Shown piece after piece: positions 21,751-32,135 of a DNA stretch of 64,000 bases (the stretch's first letter is position 1; each line of letters starts with the position of its first letter). The DNA comes from Candidatus Eiseniibacteriota bacterium (GTDB lineage Bacteria > Eisenbacteria > RBG-16-71-46): NCBI GenBank assembly GCA_963725865.1, contig CAVSAC010000012.1:1248001-1312000 (forward strand), read 5' to 3'. A program made the position numbers and the translations under genes. Below the pieces are notes generated by a model, which ran no database searches, was not told the DNA's origin, and saw only the letters and a list, made by a program, of their open reading frames with translations.

Positions 21751-22797
21751 CTAGCGTTCGACCACCAGCACCCGGAACGATCCCGGCACGATCGCCGGCC
21801 GCGGATGCGGACGCTCGGGCGTCGGCGCTGACGGTGGGCCGAAGTCGGCGGTCGGCAGGTAGAGCTTTCCGGTCGACTCGTCGAGCGCCAGCGTCCGCGC
21901 GCCCCGTTCGGTGGTCGCGGTCTCGGTCACGCGATAGCGCTCCGCCCCGTCCTCGTGGATCACGCTCACCGTGCCCTCGCCGTTCGAGGTGAGGATCAGC
22001 CCGCGCTTCGCGTCGAACGCCGCGCCGTCCACGCCCTGCCCGATCGGCAGCGTGGCGACCCGGCGTCCGTCCCGCGCGTCGAGCACCACGAGCTTCCCAT
22101 TGCCGCAGGCCGAGAACAGCCGATGGTGCGCGTGGTCGAGCGCCAGTCCGGTCGGCCCCTCCCCGGGAGCGAGCGGCCAGCGCGCGAGCACCTTCAGCGC
22201 GCGCGTGTCGAGCACCACCACCGCACTGCTGTCCTCCAGGTTCACGTAGAGGCGCCCGGCGCCGTCCACCTCGGCGAACTCGGGCTTGCCGCCGAGCGGC
22301 ACGGTGCCCACGACCTCGTTCGTGCGGGCGTCGAGCGCGGTCGCGCTGGCGCTGCCGCCGTTGAACGCGAACACCCGGCCCGACGCCGCGTCGTAGGTGA
22401 TGGCGTCGGGATTGCGTTCCGGGAGCTTCACGGTCGCCAGCACGGCGAGCGTCTCGAGATCGAAGACCGTGACCGAGGAATCCCTGCCGTTGCTCGTGAA
22501 TCCACGTCCAAGGTCGGTCGCGAATGCGACACCGTGCACGCCCGGCGTGTTCGGGATCTCGCCAACGACGCTGTCGGTGCGGACGTCCACCACCACCACC
22601 CGCGTGCCATGGGTCACGTACAGACGATGACGCGGCCCATCCACCGCGGCACAGTCCCACCCTCCTTCCCCGCCGATCGGGATGCGGTGGCTGATGGCGA
22701 ACGCCTTGGGCGGCGCGGGCGCCGCGGGCGCGGCGGAGGTGTTCAGCAGGAGCGCGACGGCCAGCACGGCCGGGGTGCGGAGCATGCTCGGGATCAT
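21751..22797 (-). CDS. YncE-family beta-propeller, secreted
   Basis: GGEGGWD, GVHGVA, NPDAI, GKPEF, GARTLALD; start uncertain (alternative 22860). Confidence 0.85.
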   Translation of the reverse strand: MIPSMLRTPAVLAVALLLNTSAAPAAPAPPKAFAISHRIPIGGEGGWDCAAVDGPRHRLYVTHGTRVVVVDVRTDSVVGEIPNTPGVHGVAFATDLGRGFTSNGRDSSVTVFDLETLAVLATVKLPERNPDAITYDAASGRVFAFNGGSASATALDARTNEVVGTVPLGGKPEFAEVDGAGRLYVNLEDSSAVVVLDTRALKVLARWPLAPGEGPTGLALDHAHHRLFSACGNGKLVVLDARDGRRVATLPIGQGVDGAAFDAKRGLILTSNGEGTVSVIHEDGAERYRVTETATTERGARTLALDESTGKLYLPTADFGPPSAPTPERPHPRPAIVPGSFRVLVVER

Positions 22798-22856
22798 CGG
22801 GACGATCCTCCAGTCCTGGGTGACGGCGACGCGGCGCGGTCCTGCGGGCAACGGAT

Positions 22857-25800
22857 TCACTCGTCGCCTCCACCGAGGCGGGCGAGCAGCGACGGCAGCA
22901 CGACGAGCAGCAACACGGCCGAGAGGGCGAATCCGCCGATCACGGCGATCGCCAGGGGGCGCAGCAGTTCGCCGCCGGAGCCGAGCCCGAGCGCGAGCGG
23001 CGCGAGCGCGGCCACCCCCGCGAGCGTGGTCATCAGCACCGGGCGGGCGCGACGCAACGCGGCGGCCAGCGCAGCGGCGGGGGCGTCGAGCCCCGAGCGC
23101 AGCGACTCACGATGGGCGGCGAGCAGGAAGTAACCGTTCTCCGCCACCACTCCGACCACCATGATCGCGCCCACGAAGCTCGAGATGTTGAAGGTCGACC
23201 CGGTCAGGTGGAGCGCGCCGAACACTCCGGCCAGCGAGGCCAGCACGACGGCCAGCAGCGCCAGCACCTGGGACCACGAGCGGAACGAGACGAGCAGGAT
23301 GAGCGTCACCAGCGCGGTCGCGCCCAGCAGAACGCCGAGCAGCCCGCGGAACGAGGTCTGCTGCTGGGCCCACAGTCCGCCGAATCGGACGCCCACCTGC
23401 GGCGGGAGGACGACCTCGCGCGGCAGTCGTCGCTGGATCTCGGCCATCGCCGAGCCGAGATCGCGGCCCGAAAGCCGCGCGGTCACCGCCACCATGCCGC
23501 GCAGGTCATCGCGTGCGATCTCGGTCTCGCCCGGATCCACTCGCAGGCGCGCGAGGTCCCGCAGGGTTGCGCCCCCGCCTGCCGAGACCGGGATCGCCAG
23601 CGAGCCGAGCGCTGTCGAGACGTCGGGGCCCTGCGCCGGTGGCAGCACGGCGCGCACCGGCCAGGAGCGCGCGCCCCGCACGATCTCGCCGACGGCGGTC
23701 CCTGCCACCGCCGGCGACGTCTGCGCCCCGAGCTCCTCGGCGGAAAGCCCGAGCCGCGCCGCGGCGGGCGTGGGCGCGATCGCCACGTCGGGGCCGCTCA
23801 CCACGATCCCATCCTTCACGTCGACCGCTCCCGGTACGCGCTCCACCAGGGCGGCGACCGCGCGCGCCGTGCGCTCGGCCAGCTCGCGGTCCTCCGAGTA
23901 CACGCGGATCTCGATCGGCTGCGGATTGGTGGTGAGGTCGCCTATCACGTCCTCGACCAATTGCCCGAACTCGATCTGGAGCGCGGGCTGGCTGGACTCG
24001 ATGCGTTGGCGCAGGTCGTCCGCGATCGCCTCGGCCGACCGCCGCCGGCCTGCCCGCAGCCGCAGCACGTAGTCGCCGACATTCGGCTCCGTGATGAAGA
24101 ATCCGAGCTGATCGCCGGTCCGCCGGGACCAGGCGGCGATCTCCGGAATGGTGTCGAGCTGCTTCTCCACCTGCTGCAGGATGCGGTCGGTCTCGGTGAG
24201 CGAAGTGCCGGGGGGCGAGACGTAGTCGAGGATCAGCGACCCCTCGTCCATGTCGGGCAGGAAGCCGGTGCCGAGCGTGCGCTGCAGCGGCACCGCGAGC
24301 GCGACGAGCACCGCCACGCCCGCCACGCCGACCCAGCGGTGCGCACTCGCGAACCGCATCACGGCGGTGAGCCGACGGCCGGCGGCCGGCCGCGCTCCGC
24401 CCCGGTGCCGCGCCGTCCGGCTGAGCAGCGGGATCGCGGTCGCACACATCAGGAAGGACGAGGCGAGCATCAGGGCCATCGACAGCGCGAGGACGCGGAA
24501 GAAGGCGCCGGTCACGCCGCCGAGGAACAGGAACGGCAGGAAGATCGCGAGCGTGCACAGGGTCGAGCCGGCGAGCGTCGGCAGCAGCTCCGCCATCGCC
24601 GCCGCGCGATCGCCGCCGCCCGGCGTGTCCGCGCGGAACGCGAGGTGTTCGATCACCACGATGGCGTCGTCGAGCACGAGTCCGACCGCGGCGGCGATCC
24701 CGCCGAGCGTCATCATGTTCAACGACTGCCCCGCGAGCGCCAGGCCGACCAGCGTGAGCGCGATGCTGCCCGGTAGCACGCACGCGCCGGCGAGCCCCAG
24801 GCGCGCGCTGCGCAGAAACACGATGATCACCAGCACCGCGAGCAGCGCGCCGACCAGCAGGCTGTCGCGCACGCTGCCGACCGAGCCGCGGACCAGGTCG
24901 GATTGGTCGTAGAACGCCTCGACCCGCACTCCCGCGGGCAGGCGGCGTGCGTTGTCGTGGAGCCAGCCCTTGGCCGCGTCGGCCAGCGTGATCGCGCTCG
25001 CCGCGGGCTGGCGCAGCAGGTTCACCAGCACCGCCTCCCGCGAGCGCGCCCGATAGCGCACGAATTCCGGGGCCTCCGCCAGCCGGATGTCGCCCAGCTC
25101 GCCGAGCGCCACCGGGGGCCCGGAAGCCACCGGGATCGCGATCGCGCGCAGGTCGTCGAGGCCGGTCGGCCGGCCGTCCACGAGACCGAGGTAGAGTCGT
25201 TCGTTCGATTCCAGCAGGCCGATCGACTCGAGCACCGAGGAGCGGCGGATCGCCTCCGCCACGCGAGCGGCATCGAGCCCGCGCGAGCGCAGGCGCGCCG
25301 GATCGAGTGTGATCCGCGCCTCGATGCGGTGGCCGCCCTGGATCACCACCTCGGCCACCCCCGGCAGCCGCGCCAGCTCGGGCTTGAGCGTGAACTCCGC
25401 AAAGTCCCGCAGCTCCGGCAGCGAGCTCCGGTCCGAGGTCAGCGAGTAGCCGAGCATCGGGAACAGCGTCGGGTTCATGAGCCGCGCGTCCAGCGTGGCG
25501 CCGGTCGGAAGCTGGGAGCGGATCGCATCGACCTGGGCCTGCACGCGCTGCAGCGTGAGGTCCATGTCGGCGCTCCACTCGCAGTCGAGGTTGATTTCCG
25601 CGGAGCCGCGGCTGGTGGTCGAGCGCACCTCGAGGACGTGGGGGATGCGGCGCACCGCGGACTCCAGCGGCATGGTCACGCGCCGCACCATCACCGCCGC
25701 CGGCAGTTCGCCCGCGTCCGCGAGCACCGTGATGCGCGGGAATGTCACCTCGGGCATGATCGATGCGGGCATGCGGAAGGCGGCGAACCCGCCGAGCACC

Positions 25801-25868
25801 AGCACGGCGGCGAGCACGAGCGCGACCGCGCGCCGCTGGGCGTGCACCGCGAGGAAGAACGCTCTCAC
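22857..25868 (-). CDS. RND efflux permease (AcrB/CusA superfamily)
   Basis: FPRITV, GLVLDDAIVV, FLPDMDEG, RARPVLMTT, LRPLAIAVIGG; ~1003 aa. Confidence 0.95.
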   Translation of the reverse strand: MRAFFLAVHAQRRAVALVLAAVLVLGGFAAFRMPASIMPEVTFPRITVLADAGELPAAVMVRRVTMPLESAVRRIPHVLEVRSTTSRGSAEINLDCEWSADMDLTLQRVQAQVDAIRSQLPTGATLDARLMNPTLFPMLGYSLTSDRSSLPELRDFAEFTLKPELARLPGVAEVVIQGGHRIEARITLDPARLRSRGLDAARVAEAIRRSSVLESIGLLESNERLYLGLVDGRPTGLDDLRAIAIPVASGPPVALGELGDIRLAEAPEFVRYRARSREAVLVNLLRQPAASAITLADAAKGWLHDNARRLPAGVRVEAFYDQSDLVRGSVGSVRDSLLVGALLAVLVIIVFLRSARLGLAGACVLPGSIALTLVGLALAGQSLNMMTLGGIAAAVGLVLDDAIVVIEHLAFRADTPGGGDRAAAMAELLPTLAGSTLCTLAIFLPFLFLGGVTGAFFRVLALSMALMLASSFLMCATAIPLLSRTARHRGGARPAAGRRLTAVMRFASAHRWVGVAGVAVLVALAVPLQRTLGTGFLPDMDEGSLILDYVSPPGTSLTETDRILQQVEKQLDTIPEIAAWSRRTGDQLGFFITEPNVGDYVLRLRAGRRRSAEAIADDLRQRIESSQPALQIEFGQLVEDVIGDLTTNPQPIEIRVYSEDRELAERTARAVAALVERVPGAVDVKDGIVVSGPDVAIAPTPAAARLGLSAEELGAQTSPAVAGTAVGEIVRGARSWPVRAVLPPAQGPDVSTALGSLAIPVSAGGGATLRDLARLRVDPGETEIARDDLRGMVAVTARLSGRDLGSAMAEIQRRLPREVVLPPQVGVRFGGLWAQQQTSFRGLLGVLLGATALVTLILLVSFRSWSQVLALLAVVLASLAGVFGALHLTGSTFNISSFVGAIMVVGVVAENGYFLLAAHRESLRSGLDAPAAALAAALRRARPVLMTTLAGVAALAPLALGLGSGGELLRPLAIAVIGGFALSAVLLLVVLPSLLARLGGGDE

Positions 25869-26851
25869 GGCTCGATCGACACGCGGGTGCTGTCGGGCAG
25901 CCCGCGTTGTCCACTCACGATCGCGCGTGTGCCCGGGGCGAGCGCCGCGGTCATCAGCTCGTGCCAGCCGGCCTCCGCGAGCCCGAGGCGCACGGGGACC
26001 CAGGTCGCCACGCCTCCGGGCCCCACGGTCGCGATGCGGAATTCGCCGGTCAGGTCGTCCTCCACCAGCGCCGCATCGGGGACGGCCAGCGCGCGGCGAG
26101 GCGCGCCGGTCAGGATCGTGGCGTTCGCGAAGCGATCGAGCAGCTCCATCGTCGGCGCCCGCGCGGGCGCCAGCCAGACCAGCCCGCTCTGGTCCTCGGG
26201 GCTGGTCTGCGGCAGGCGACGGCTCACGCTCGCGTCCAACGTGCGGCCATCCTCCATCGCGATGCGCGCCGGTTCTCCGGTCGCGATGCGCGCCACGTCG
26301 CGCAGCGCGACGTGCGCCTCGAACACCAGCGCCTCGGGCGCGACCAGGGCCAGCAGTTCCCCGCCCTCCGGGACCAGTGCGCCGGCCGCCACGGTGTTTC
26401 GTACCACGGTTCCACTCCCGCTCGCCGTGAGCGGCACCCGCACCAGGTCGCGGCGGGCCTGGCGCAGCGCGCGCTCCGCCTCCGATCGTGCCGCCGGATC
26501 GGCGGCCGCCGCCACCAGTAGCTCGGCTCCGACGATCGCGGCGCGGGACTCCTGCGTGACCAGGACCGCCAGCGTCTGGCCGCCGCGGACTCCATCGCCC
26601 AGCCCGACCCGCAGGGACTCCACGTACGCGGCGAACGGTGCGGTCACGACCAGGTCGCCGCTGCTCCGCCAGCGGCCTGGCGCGGCGACGCTTTCGTGGA
26701 ACGAGCGCACTTCGAGCGTCGCCACCCGCACCGGCACTACGGGGTGCGCGCCAGTGGCGTCCGGGTCCGCGGCCCCGCGCGGTGCACAGGCGGCGATCGA
26801 CATCAGCAGCACGGCGGCCGGTGCCAGATGCCGCGGCAGGAGCTGGCTCAT
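25865..26851 (-). CDS. RND periplasmic adaptor (lipoprotein)
   Basis: Lipobox IAAC, lipoyl halves, ALAVPDAALV, IVSGQRGL. Confidence 0.9.
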   Translation of the reverse strand: MSQLLPRHLAPAAVLLMSIAACAPRGAADPDATGAHPVVPVRVATLEVRSFHESVAAPGRWRSSGDLVVTAPFAAYVESLRVGLGDGVRGGQTLAVLVTQESRAAIVGAELLVAAAADPAARSEAERALRQARRDLVRVPLTASGSGTVVRNTVAAGALVPEGGELLALVAPEALVFEAHVALRDVARIATGEPARIAMEDGRTLDASVSRRLPQTSPEDQSGLVWLAPARAPTMELLDRFANATILTGAPRRALAVPDAALVEDDLTGEFRIATVGPGGVATWVPVRLGLAEAGWHELMTAALAPGTRAIVSGQRGLPDSTRVSIEP

Positions 26852-28200
26852 CGACGATCCTCGATCTGGAACTGCACGAACCGCAGATCCTCGCGCGCCT
26901 CCGCGCGACGCACCCGGGCGTCCCGGAACAACTGGAGCGCATCGAGTAGGTCGAACAGCGTGGTGGCGCCCGCGGCGTACAGACTCTTGGTGCGCAGGTA
27001 GTGGGACTCGGCGCGGCCGACCACGGCATCGGCCGAGCGCAGCCGCTGGGCGGCCGACCGCCAGCGGGTGAACAGCGCTGCCGCTTCGCGCTGCTGGTGG
27101 AGCTCCACGCCGGCGCGGCGCTGCTCGGCGGCTCGCAGGCCGGCGGTGCGCGCCGCGGACGCGGGAGCGCGCGAGGCGTCGAAGATGGGGAAGCGAACCG
27201 AGAACGCCGCGGAGGCGCCGAGGTCGCGATCCAGCCGGTCGGCGAACGTCGCGGAGGGCTGCGCGTCGAGGAGCGGGCGCGGCACGGCGCGCGTGAGATC
27301 GGTCCCGACGAGACCCGCGTCGACGGTGAAGGTGAGCTCCGGAGCATTCTGCCGGCGCGCCTCGAGCGCCTGCAGCCGGGCGCCCGCCTCCTCGGCCTGC
27401 GCCAGCGCGAGCTCGGGTCGGCCCGCGGTACCCGCGAGCAACCGCAGCGAATCGGCCGCGGCCGGATCGCGCGGGTCATCGGCCGCCGGCGCCCGGATCG
27501 CGATGGGATCCGCCAGTCCGCGGCCCAGCGCCTCGCGCAGATCGAGTGCGGTAGTGGCGGCGTCGGCGGCGTTCAGCTCCACGTCGAGCGCGGCGTCCTC
27601 CTCCGCCAGCCCGAGCCGAATGGAATCGGCCGGGCTGCGGACCCCGGAGCGCACTCCCGAGCGCACCAGCGCGCCGATGCTGCCGAGGCCCTCGCGTGTC
27701 CGGCTCAGGATCGCTTCCACCTCGGCGAGCCGCAGCGAGCGCAGGGCCTGGGCCACCGCGCTCTCCCCCGCCTCGCGTGACGCGAGCTGGCGGCGGGCGC
27801 GAGCGCCGAGCAGATCGAGTCGCGCGCGCTCGCGCGCTCGCTGGCGGCGGCCTCCGTCGGTGAGTGTCCAGTCGACCCCGATCTGAGTGTGATACTCGCC
27901 GAGGTTGGTGAACGCGGGGTCGTACCAGCCGTCCGGGGCGACCATCGCGCCGGCCGACACGAAGTACTCCGGCCGTCGATTGAACGCGGTGGCGGTCGAG
28001 TCCAGCGCCGCCGCGCGCTCGTCGAGCGCGGCGGCGCTCGCCGCGGGCGCCTGACGCCGGGCGAGCGCGGCGCACTGCGTCACGCTCAGGGTCTCGCTCG
28101 CGGCGGACGCGCTCGTGGCGGCCGCGGCGGGCGAGCCGGGCGCGGGGACCGCCGCGAGCAGGAGGCCCGACGCGAACACGGGTGCAAGGCTCCGGATCAT
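26848..28200 (-). CDS. TolC-family outer membrane efflux protein
   Basis: Signal peptide, RPEL, RFPIFD, YAAGATTLFDLLDA. Confidence 0.88.
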   Translation of the reverse strand: MIRSLAPVFASGLLLAAVPAPGSPAAAATSASAASETLSVTQCAALARRQAPAASAAALDERAAALDSTATAFNRRPEYFVSAGAMVAPDGWYDPAFTNLGEYHTQIGVDWTLTDGGRRQRARERARLDLLGARARRQLASREAGESAVAQALRSLRLAEVEAILSRTREGLGSIGALVRSGVRSGVRSPADSIRLGLAEEDAALDVELNAADAATTALDLREALGRGLADPIAIRAPAADDPRDPAAADSLRLLAGTAGRPELALAQAEEAGARLQALEARRQNAPELTFTVDAGLVGTDLTRAVPRPLLDAQPSATFADRLDRDLGASAAFSVRFPIFDASRAPASAARTAGLRAAEQRRAGVELHQQREAAALFTRWRSAAQRLRSADAVVGRAESHYLRTKSLYAAGATTLFDLLDALQLFRDARVRRAEAREDLRFVQFQIEDRR

Positions 28201-28241
28201 CGTCGTCGCATCGCGTTCTCGAGCGGGGCCTGCACGTCCCG

Positions 28242-29078
28242 CTATCGACCTCCCCCGAAGTCCCACTCCCATGCCGCGACCAGCTGCCAGGTACCGTCGG
28301 ATTTCACGACCGCGCCCTGCTCGAGCTTCAGGAACTCGCTCAGGTGTTCGGCCAGGCCGAGCGTGCCCTCGGACTCGCTCTGGCCCTGCTCGGGCCCGCC
28401 GATGCTCGCGAATCCGCCGAGCGTGCCCGGGTGCCCGTGGAATCGACCGCCGGTCCCGAGTCCCGAGACCGCTTCCGCCTCGAGATCGAGCCCGGGTGTG
28501 AGGTGCCACTCGGAGGCCAGCGACAGCTCGAGCGTGTTCTGCAAGTCGACGCCGGGTGGGTCGCCGACGAACGTATACACCGCGTTGAGGTCGAGGTCGA
28601 ACTGGACGAACTCCTTGCTCACGATGGTGCCGAACGAGTAGTCCGCGCGCCCGGTGCCCAGGTCGCCACGGCGGGCGGTCGGCCATTTGACCACGCTCTC
28701 CAGCGCGAGGCCCGGACGATGGCGTCGCTCCGTGGGCAGCTCCCACGTGAGCGTGGTCTCGAGATCGCCCGCCCCGCTGGTGGTGCCCCCGTGCTTCCTG
28801 CGGAGCAGCACGTAGCCGGGCTCCACGCTCAGCTTGAGGTTCTGGGTGAGGCCGTACTCCACGAGGAACGGGAATCCATACTCCGTCTCCTCGCCGTCGG
28901 TCTCGTATTCCAGTCCACTGCCGAGCGTGAGCGCGAGCCCCTCCCCGGACTGCACCGGCTGGCGCGTCTTGAGGATCCGGGCGGCTGTCGGCGACGGTCC
29001 CACCAGGATCCCCGCCGCGAGCAGGCCACACGCCGCCAGGCGCGCGGCCCCGCCCGTCCGCGGTGTCGCGTGTCTCAC
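28242..29078 (-). CDS. Outer membrane transporter-type barrel (MetA-pathway/CoxB-like)
   Basis: VEYGLT, SGAGDLET, VKWPTA, LGTGRAD, terminal AWEWDF. Confidence 0.7.
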   Translation of the reverse strand: MRHATPRTGGAARLAACGLLAAGILVGPSPTAARILKTRQPVQSGEGLALTLGSGLEYETDGEETEYGFPFLVEYGLTQNLKLSVEPGYVLLRRKHGGTTSGAGDLETTLTWELPTERRHRPGLALESVVKWPTARRGDLGTGRADYSFGTIVSKEFVQFDLDLNAVYTFVGDPPGVDLQNTLELSLASEWHLTPGLDLEAEAVSGLGTGGRFHGHPGTLGGFASIGGPEQGQSESEGTLGLAEHLSEFLKLEQGAVVKSDGTWQLVAAWEWDFGGGR

Positions 29079-29791
29079 GGCCGGGTGACCGACACCAGCA
29101 CGGCGAGCTCCCGCGACGAGGACAGGGTGCGGACGAGCCCGACCCCCTTCGCGTACCACTTGTTCTCGGTGCCGGCCTCGAGCATCGACCAGTCCTTGGT
29201 GCGCACGCAGTCGGTGAACGAACCGTACGGCACCGTCACGGAGTCCCTCAGCGCGACGACCTGGCCCATGTCCTCGGCGCGGCCGCGCAGGTACTCCTGG
29301 CGGTACGGCGCCCCCGGGGCGGGCTGCGCGTGCATGAGGATGCCGGGCTGCGCACCGTCGACGCCGGCCTCCCACGAGCCCTCGGTGCTGATCTTGCCCT
29401 TGGGTCGGAATTCCTTCGTGTCCTCGCCGAAGTACCAGACGTTGCCCGCCTTGTCCTGCGCGTACCAGTCGAAGGTCTCCTCGACGAGGGCGCCGCCTTG
29501 CTTCACCACGTCGTACACCACCGCGCACGTCACGCCGAGGATCACCTTGGTCTCCGGCTGGACCGTCACTTCGTTCTCGCTGGTCCTGCCCCCCGATGTC
29601 TCGCGATAGACGAACCGGGTCCCGGGCACGAGCGGGAAGTACGGGTGGTCGACGCGGGTCTGGAATTCCGCAGGGTCGATGTGGGGCGCGTAGGGCTCCG
29701 TGCGGGGCTTGGCGGTGACCGCGGCGGCCGCAAGGAGTCCGGGGATCAGCATCCACGTCGCGAGCTCGAGGATTGCACGTTCGATGCGCAT
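29075..29791 (-). CDS. Conserved secreted hypothetical protein
   Basis: Signal peptide; HPYFPLVPG, DWYAQDKAGNVWYFGE, KWYAKGVG. Confidence 0.85.
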   Translation of the reverse strand: MRIERAILELATWMLIPGLLAAAAVTAKPRTEPYAPHIDPAEFQTRVDHPYFPLVPGTRFVYRETSGGRTSENEVTVQPETKVILGVTCAVVYDVVKQGGALVEETFDWYAQDKAGNVWYFGEDTKEFRPKGKISTEGSWEAGVDGAQPGILMHAQPAPGAPYRQEYLRGRAEDMGQVVALRDSVTVPYGSFTDCVRTKDWSMLEAGTENKWYAKGVGLVRTLSSSRELAVLVSVTRP

Positions 29792-30049
29792 CGTCTTCCT
29801 CCTGGGGGTGGGGGCCCACGGGTGGAAGTACCACACGCCTCGAATTCGGTTCCAGTGCCGCGCGAGCGTATCGCCTCCGTCGGGGGCCACGGTTCAGACG
29901 CCGTTCATACTCGTGTCCCAGGCTGCCAGGCCGAGCGGGCGCGGTGGGAACCGATTGGGGTCCGGGACGCGGTGCGCCTATCCTCGGGGCGTCCCGGGTC
30001 GCGCTGGCGCCGCACGCACGAGATCGAAGAGGGCGCTGCTGAGCGAATC

Positions 30050-30718
30050 ATGAAGATCCTGGTGGTGGAAGACAGCCCGCCCACGCGGGACCTGCTGCGG
30101 CGCGCCCTGGAAGAAGGCGGGCACCAGGTCGCGCTCGCGTCACGCCATTCGACCGGGTTGCGACTCGCGACCGAGGGCGAGTTCGAGCTGGCGATCGTGG
30201 ACGTGATGCTGCCCGACGGCAGCGGCGTCGAGTTGTGTCGCACGCTGCGGGCGCGGGGCATCCACGTTCCCGTGCTGTTCCTCTCCGCCAAGGGCGAGGT
30301 CGAGGACCGCGTTGCCGGCCTCGATGCCGGCGGCGACGACTATCTGAGAAAGCCCTTCGCACTCGCGGAACTGCGAGCGCGCATCCGGGCGGTCGGACGC
30401 CGCCGCGGCCTCGCTCCTGCCGCTCGCGTCCAGCGCGGCGACCTCACGGTGGACTTCGCCGCGCGGCGACTGACCCGTGGCGGGGACGAGATCACCCTGA
30501 CCGCGCGCGAGTGGGCGGTGCTCGACGTGCTGGCGGAGCGGGCGGGCAGAGTGGTCTCGCGAAGCGAGATCATCGATGCGGCCTGGCCGCGGCCGGGCCC
30601 GGGCGTCTCGGAGAGCCTCGACGTGATCCTGTCGCGGCTGCGCCGCAAACTGGGCGAGGACGCCGCGCGGATCCGGACCGTGCGCGGGCAGGGGTTCGTC
30701 TTCGAGGTCGGGACGTGA
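30050..30718 (+). CDS. OmpR-family response regulator
   Basis: MKILVVED, DVMLP, DDYLRKPF, IRTVRGQG. Confidence 0.96.
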   Translation: MKILVVEDSPPTRDLLRRALEEGGHQVALASRHSTGLRLATEGEFELAIVDVMLPDGSGVELCRTLRARGIHVPVLFLSAKGEVEDRVAGLDAGGDDYLRKPFALAELRARIRAVGRRRGLAPAARVQRGDLTVDFAARRLTRGGDEITLTAREWAVLDVLAERAGRVVSRSEIIDAAWPRPGPGVSESLDVILSRLRRKLGEDAARIRTVRGQGFVFEVGT

Positions 30719-32109
30719 TTCGGTCCCTCGCCGGTCGCTTGACGCTCTTGCAGCAGATCTCGGCGCTGGTGGTGGTCACGGCGTTCGGGCTGCTCTCGCT
30801 GTGGCTCACCGGGCACGCGCTGCGACTCGAGCGCCGCAGCTTCGTCGCGAACACCGCGACCCGGCTGGCGCACTCGCTCGAGGACGAACTCGCCGAGGAA
30901 CCCGACACGGTGGTGGCGGCGCGCGGTGTGGTGGAGGACGGGGTCGAGGCGGGAGTCCAGGTGGAAGTGCGCGCCGCGTCGAAGCGGCTGCTCGCCTCGT
31001 CGCGCACGCTTCCCAGGGGCGGTCGCGATCCCGCGCCCGCTCCCCTCCCGCCGCCGAGCCGCATGGACTTCCGCGCGACCGCCGTCGGTGTGGGGGGCGC
31101 GCGCATCACGGTCGTGGCGTCCGACCAGCCGTTGCGGGCGACCCTGCCGGCGCTCGGTCGTGCGCTGCTGCTCGCGGCGCTCCCCATCTGGGCGCTGAGC
31201 CTGCTGCTGAGCCGCTCGGCGGTGGCACGCGCGATCCGCCCGCTCTCCACCATGACCGATCGAGCCGCCAGCCTGAGCGTGGAGCACCATCCGCGCACGC
31301 TCGGGACGCGCTCGGGGCTGCAGGAGATCGATCGGCTCGCGGAGTCTTTCGACCACCTGCTCGGGCGGCTGGATGACGCGCTGCAGGTGGAGCGGCGGCT
31401 CACGGCGGACGCCTCGCACGAGCTGCGCACGCCCTTGACGGTGCTGAGCGGCGAGCTCGAGCTGCTGACGGAGCGAGCGTCTCCGGACTCGGTGGAGGCC
31501 CTCGGAGTGCGACGTGCGACCGAGCAGGTCGCGGCGATGCGCGAGCTGGTGGAGGCCATCCTCCTGCTCCACCGCTCCGCCGAGGGTGGGCGCCGGGACG
31601 CGGGCGGCTTCGAGGTGCTCAATCTCGGTGACCTGCTGCGCGAGGCGCTGGCGGAGGCCGGCGCCCGCCATCCGGGGCGGGAGTCCGACGTCGAGCTGAA
31701 TGCACCGGACGAGATCCTGGTCCACGGGCACCTGGCCCTGTTGACCGCCGCGCTCCGCAACCTGCTGGACAACGCATTCAAATTCACGGCTCCCGGCGAC
31801 CGCATCCGCGTGGAACTCGCCGAGCTCGCGGACCGGGCGGTGGTGATCGTGGACGATCAGGGTCCGGGTGTCCCGGACGCCGAGCGTGAGCGCATCTTCG
31901 ATCCCTTCTACCGCGGGGCGGAAGCGCGAGGCGGGACGCCCGGGTTCGGCCTGGGCCTGCCGATCCTGCGCCGGATCGCGCGCGCGCACGGTGGCGACGC
32001 GGAAGTCACGACCTCGCCCCTCGGGGGAGCGCGATTCACGCTGGGCGTGCCGAGACTCGGGGGCACCGCGGACGACGCGCGACGAGGTCCGATGGCCGTC
32101 GCGCCGTAG
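30715..32109 (+). CDS. HAMP sensor histidine kinase
   Basis: 2 TM, SHELRTPL, NLLDNAFKF, DQGPG, GLGL. Confidence 0.96.
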   Translation: MIRSLAGRLTLLQQISALVVVTAFGLLSLWLTGHALRLERRSFVANTATRLAHSLEDELAEEPDTVVAARGVVEDGVEAGVQVEVRAASKRLLASSRTLPRGGRDPAPAPLPPPSRMDFRATAVGVGGARITVVASDQPLRATLPALGRALLLAALPIWALSLLLSRSAVARAIRPLSTMTDRAASLSVEHHPRTLGTRSGLQEIDRLAESFDHLLGRLDDALQVERRLTADASHELRTPLTVLSGELELLTERASPDSVEALGVRRATEQVAAMRELVEAILLLHRSAEGGRRDAGGFEVLNLGDLLREALAEAGARHPGRESDVELNAPDEILVHGHLALLTAALRNLLDNAFKFTAPGDRIRVELAELADRAVVIVDDQGPGVPDAERERIFDPFYRGAEARGGTPGFGLGLPILRRIARAHGGDAEVTTSPLGGARFTLGVPRLGGTADDARRGPMAVAP

Positions 32110-32135
32110 CTCGACCGCCCGGGCGCGCCGCTCGA

